Positions 58,407-64,000 of a stretch of 64,000 bases of DNA are shown in pieces (the stretch's first letter is position 1; every line of letters begins with the position of its first letter). The notes below the pieces were generated by a model. That model made no database searches. It was not told the DNA's origin and saw only the letters and a program-made list of their open reading frames with translations. Source of the DNA: Spirochaetia bacterium (GTDB lineage: Bacteria > Spirochaetota > Spirochaetia > CAKZLE01); the NCBI GenBank assembly GCA_963677595.1, contig OY782041.1, positions 1,152,001 through 1,216,000 on the forward strand, read 5' to 3'. The position numbers were made by a program, and so were the translations under genes.

Positions 58407-59315
58407 TCAACAGTATGCGGTACGTATCGCCATCAACACGGAATAATACCTGGTGATCTCAGGATCCGACCTGGAATTGAGTACGATCGGGGCTTTCAAG
58501 CCCACGAGGATACCGGCAGACCGAGTCCCGGGGGTGAAGGAGAAAAGCTTCAGGACCGCATTGGCAGCATCCAGGCTGGGACAGACGAGGAGGTCGGCAT
58601 CACCTGCGACCCTCGAATCCATCCCCTTGATCTTCGCAGCCTCTTCCGACAGCGCGATATCGATGGCCATCGGCCCTTCGACCACCGCATCGGAGAAGAG
58701 TCCCGTCTCCCGGTGCTCGGCAGTGATGGAGGCTGCATCGACGGTGGAGAGGATCTTCTCGCTGACCGTCTCCACCGGGGTGATGAGGGCGATCTTTGGG
58801 GTCTTGAGCCCCAGTCTCCGCATGACCTGGAGGCTGTTGCTGATGATGACCTTCTTCTTCCCTGCATCCGGGTAGATGTTCACCGCGGCATCGGTGATGA
58901 AGAGGGGCTTCCGCATGTAGGGGACCTCGAAGAGCCCGAGATGGCTGAGCAGCACACCGGGTTCGATCAGGCCGGCTTCCTTATTCAGGATCGCCCTGGC
59001 GAACTCGGAGGTATGGACGAGCCCCTTCATGAGGATATGGGCCCTGCCTGAAGCCACGGCAGCGACTGCCTGGTCGCAGGCTTCCTGGTGGTCGGGGCAA
59101 TGGAAGATGCAGTCGGGATCTGCCCACAGGCCGACGAGCCTGCAAAGACGGAGGATACGCTCCCGGTCACCGAAGAGCAGCGGCTTGATCTTCCTGACCC
59201 GGTTCGCATGCCGTATCGCATCGAGGGTAGCCTCGTGGTCGGCACCGGCCACCGCAATCGAGAAACTCTCGCCCTTGATCCCCTTGATATCGATCAGGTC
59301 ATCGAATGCACTCAT
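58407..59315 (-). CDS. ptb: phosphate butyryltransferase
   Basis: ILMKG.VHT, LLSH, ITDAAVNIYP, VEGP.A.D.A.S, SRSD; start placed at ATG 59315 (MSAFDD; ORF track 59495); next to buk. Confidence 0.88.
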   Translation of the reverse strand: MSAFDDLIDIKGIKGESFSIAVAGADHEATLDAIRHANRVRKIKPLLFGDRERILRLCRLVGLWADPDCIFHCPDHQEACDQAVAAVASGRAHILMKGLVHTSEFARAILNKEAGLIEPGVLLSHLGLFEVPYMRKPLFITDAAVNIYPDAGKKKVIISNSLQVMRRLGLKTPKIALITPVETVSEKILSTVDAASITAEHRETGLFSDAVVEGPMAIDIALSEEAAKIKGMDSRVAGDADLLVCPSLDAANAVLKLFSFTPGTRSAGILVGLKAPIVLNSRSDPEITRYYSVLMAIRTAYC

Positions 59316-60383
59316 AACTCCTTGCCTCCCGTTCTCCGTTATAGACTGCCAGGGCATTCTCTGCAAGGGAGAACATCTCACGCTCCCCGGGAATGACATG
59401 GACCGGGGCGATGAACGAGACCCTTGCCTTGAGCTGCTCCACGATGAGGTCGCTGTGCGCCAGCCCCCCGGTAAGGACCACGGCATCCACATCACCGAGC
59501 AGGACTGCCGCGAGGGAGCTGATCTCCTTCGAGACCTGGTAGATCATGGCACGCAGGTAGAATGCGGAATCCCCATCCCCGGTGAGGGCATGCTCACAGA
59601 TTGCCCTCACATCACTCGTCCCGAGGTAGGCAGCCAGCCCGCCGTTCCCGCAGATGCGCTTCTGCAGCCCCTCAGAGGAGAAGGTGCCGGATAGGGCAAG
59701 CCTGACCAGGTCGCCTGCCGGCAGAGTCCCCGACCGCTCCGGGCTGAACGGGCCCTCCCCGTCGAGTGCGTTGTTCACGTCAATGATCCTGCCGTCCTCA
59801 TGGGCCCCTATCGAGATGCCGCCCCCGAGGTGGGCCACGATGAGCCGTGAGGAGCCATAGGGCTTGCCGAGCTCCCTGCAGACCTCCCGTGCGGCGATCT
59901 TCTGGTTCAATGCATGGAAGATGCTCCGGCGTTCGATCTCCGGTATCCCCGAGACCCTCGCCTCGCCGATCAGTTCATCCACCACGACCGGGTCGGCGAT
60001 GTATGCCCTGCAGCCGGCCATGCCGGCTGCCCTGTGAGCCAGGGGTGCTCCCAGGTTGCTGGAATGCTCCCCGTACCGGGCGTTCGCGAGGTCAGTGAGC
60101 ATGTCTTCCGTGATGTTGTAGACCCCGCCGGCCACGGGGTGAAGCAGGCCTCCCCGCCCCATGATGATGGAGAACCCGTTGATGGGGTAGCCAGCCTCCC
60201 CGAGCCACTCCTGCAGCAGGGAGAACCGGTAGTCGAGCTGGGCGTGGACGGTGGGGAAGGCGGAGAGCTCATCCCGGTCATGTTCGATGACACGGGAGGT
60301 CCTCTCCTCCAGCCCCTCATACACTGCGATCTTGGTGGTTGTGGACCCCGGATTGATCACCAGGGTCAACGGTTCCTGTGGCA

Positions 60384-60387
<4 letters not shown>
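59299..60387 (-). CDS. buk: butyrate kinase
   Basis: INPGSTTTK, GRGG, HSSNLG, DPVVVDE, HALNQK, HLGGGIS, GPFSPER. Confidence 0.95.
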
Positions 60388-61816
<1,429 letters not shown>

Positions 61817-61820
<4 letters not shown>

Positions 61821-62881
61821 CTTGCACCTCCTGCCTGCAGGTCGTCCTGGACCTTGCCCACGATCTCCTCGACCGTCGGGACGACCCCGCCAAGCCAGCA
61901 GTACCGCAGCAATCTCTGGGAATCCTCGATCGCGAGCTGGATGTCATCAGCCATCATCCCCTCGTTCATCTCCACGGAGATGAACCTGCGTGAAGCATCA
62001 GCTGCCAGTTCAGCCAGCCGTCGGGACGGGAAGGGATAGAGGGTCTTCGGCCTGAAAAGACCGGCCTTGATCCCCTGTTTCCTGAGCCGGTTCACGGCAC
62101 TCATGCTGATCCTCGAGCAGATCCCGAATGCCACGAGGATGACTTCAGCATCCTCTACCGAGAACTCCTCATACTCGACGCAGGTCTCCTTGATCTCCCG
62201 GTATTTACTCTGGAGCTTCTCGTTGTGCTCCTGCTGGAGCTTCGAGTCCATGAGGATTGAGGAGATCAGGTTCTCCCGGCTCTCGGCATCCCCGTACACG
62301 GCCCAGTCATGCCGCTCCCCGACCGTGACTTCCCCCTTGATGTCGATGGCTTCCATCATCTGTCCGACATAGGCATCACTGAGGATGATGACGGTGATCC
62401 GGAACCGGTCTGCCAGGTCGAATGCCTTCCTGGTGAACTCATACATCTCAAGGGCGGAGTTCGGTGCCAGAACGATGGAGTGGTAGTTCCCGTGACCGCC
62501 GCCCTTGACCACCATGTTGTAGTCGCTCTGCTCGGGCCAGATGTTCCCCAGCCCGGGACCTGCACGCTGCACATCTACCACGACACAGGGGAGTTCAGCA
62601 CCGGCGATGTAGGAGAGCCCCTCCCCCATGAGGGAGATCCCGGGACCGGAAGAGGCGGTCATCACCCGTGCACCGGCCGAGGCGGCCCCGTAGAGCATAT
62701 TGATCGCACTGACCTCAGACTCTGCCTGCAGGAAGACCCTGCCGGAACCGGTGAAGTACTGGGCCGCAGCATGGGCGACCTCGCTTGCCGGGGTGATCGG
62801 GTACCCGAAGAAATGGGTAGCCCCGCCCATGAGTGCCCCGTGAATGATAGCTTCATTACCCTTCATCAGCTGCTTGCTCAT
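61817..62881 (-). CDS. 2-oxoacid:ferredoxin oxidoreductase alpha subunit (VorB-like)
   Basis: MKGNEA, GYPITP, QAESE, SSGPGISL, RAGPGLG, VEMN. Confidence 0.92.
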
Positions 62882-63114
62882 CGCTCACCTCCTTCAGGCT
62901 CATCCTTAAAGACGGTGATAGCCCCTGGTTCGGGGCAGGAGAAGAAGCAGAGCCCGCAGGCCGTGCAGGTATCATAGCCATGGAAGACCGCATACTGGTA
63001 GCCGAGCCTGTTTATCTGAGTCCCGATCATCAGGCAGTGATTCGGGCACGTGTTGACACACACGCGGCAGCCTTTGCATTCATCGGCTGCAATCCTGACA
63101 TAGTTCATAGTCAA
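62878..63114 (-). CDS. 2x[4Fe-4S] ferredoxin-like delta subunit
   Basis: CKGCRVCVNTCP and CTACGLCFFSCPE. Confidence 0.92.
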   Translation of the reverse strand: MTMNYVRIAADECKGCRVCVNTCPNHCLMIGTQINRLGYQYAVFHGYDTCTACGLCFFSCPEPGAITVFKDEPEGGER

Positions 63115-63644
63115 TCTCCAAAGATCTCAAACGCACCAACACCGAAGTAGTTGATCGCACTTATCGAATCGACAACCTCCAGGGGGATGTCGACAATATC
63201 TAAATGGTGACCGGGGCAGTCCAGGCGGGCACAGACATGGACCCTGTTCTCGCTGCCGGGCAGGTAGAGCATGATCCCCTCTGTCGAGTCACAGCCGGGT
63301 TCCCTGCAGGGAAAGGCCTCCATGAGGGATTCCCCGCAGTAGGGACAGTATGCCGTGACCATCTCAGCATCACTGAGACGGGACGGCAGGAAGCTGTACA
63401 GCTTCGCATGGGAGCCCCAGAAGGCATCCACGAAGACCGTACCGGTCTGTCCGCCGATCGTGACATGCAGTTTTATGGAAGGTTCGCCATGGATCCTGAC
63501 ACTGTCAACCATGAGATTATGGCCATGTCTGCAGAAAATGGATTCAACGATGAGGTATTCGAAATTACCACGCCGCTCAAGCCGGAATCCGGGCGGAACC
63601 GTCTGTCTGAGCTCGTGAGGAATATGTGTGATCTTCAACTCCAT
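63111..63644 (-). CDS. hypothetical Cys/His-rich metal-binding protein
   Basis: CRHGH, CPYC, CREPGC, CARLDCPGH; AGGAG SD; overlaps the delta-subunit gene by 4 nt. Confidence 0.8.
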   Translation of the reverse strand: MELKITHIPHELRQTVPPGFRLERRGNFEYLIVESIFCRHGHNLMVDSVRIHGEPSIKLHVTIGGQTGTVFVDAFWGSHAKLYSFLPSRLSDAEMVTAYCPYCGESLMEAFPCREPGCDSTEGIMLYLPGSENRVHVCARLDCPGHHLDIVDIPLEVVDSISAINYFGVGAFEIFGD

Positions 63645-63703
63645 ACGTACTCCTGAGGTCTTGTACTTGGAGGTAAAGAACGTTCTTATTAACTACCATC
63701 TAC

Positions 63704-63732
63704 ATAGTACCGCTGCTCTACGTTTATGTCAA
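63704..63732 (-). promoter_or_regulatory. promoter of the VOR-buk-ptb operon
   Basis: TTGACA-17 nt-TACTAT. Confidence 0.7.
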
Positions 63733-63830
63733 ACATACAATCTGGAAAGTTATGGATGTTCTCGCCGAAATTCATCGATTTCTCACGAATCCATCATACA
63801 CCCTTAGCAGGGGGCCGGTATCCTCTGACC

Positions 63831-64000
63831 ATGGACAGAAAGATCATCGGCATTGCCTGTAACGGCGAGGGGTTCGGGCATGCCGCACGGGCGGCAGCCC
63901 TCTATCCCCACCTCCAGGAACACCATGACGTCATATTCTTCGCACCGCAGACGATCGCACCATTCATCAGGCAGCATGTGGAGGAAGCGGCTGTGGTCGA
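63831..64000 (+). CDS. 5' part of a GT-B glycosyltransferase (truncated by window edge)
   Basis: MDRKIIGIACNGEGFGHAARA: GxGxGHxxR motif. Confidence 0.75.
   Translation, partial: MDRKIIGIACNGEGFGHAARAAALYPHLQEHHDVIFFAPQTIAPFIRQHVEEAAVV

Noticed and set aside
59316-59495. N-terminal extension of the ptb ORF in the track (likewise 35395-35562 for epmA and 30262-30321 for fumarase alpha)
   Set aside because: The extensions overlap neighbouring genes or promoter regions; better starts with SD or promoter signals lie downstream

Overview
GC-rich chromosomal window, most likely from a free-living anaerobic spirochaete (Spirochaetia, Sphaerochaeta-like). This is inferred from the polA-coaE-SPOR order and 'FAGGxKE'-type secreted-protein starts. 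In order it holds: (1) a complete his operon (hisG-D-C-NB-H-A-F-IE) under an unannotated 17-aa His4 leader-peptide attenuator; (2) four paralogous Wzi-like beta-barrel genes, one frameshifted in a G6 run; (3) between them, a YesMN-type two-component system bracketing a sugar ABC transporter, a GH78 rhamnosidase and a URO-D-fold enzyme, followed by an Rpn/PD-(D/E)XK nuclease; (4) fkpA, a two-subunit fumarase, a DRTGG/Ser-Thr kinase/sensory [FeFe]-hydrogenase-like triad and an M16C peptidase; (5) epmA-efp and epmB; (6) a Gram-positive-type Pel exopolysaccharide system split into two convergent units, with no pelB/pelC in the window and a PelG carrying a large acidic tail with three 54-aa repeats; (7) an unannotated 50-aa membrane protein coupled to an APC-USP transporter; (8) SPOR/coaE/polA and a Cys-rich protein-VOR-buk-ptb fermentation operon. 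Several genes look leaderless. No rRNA, tRNA or CRISPR array was seen. All family calls come from motif recognition, not database searches.
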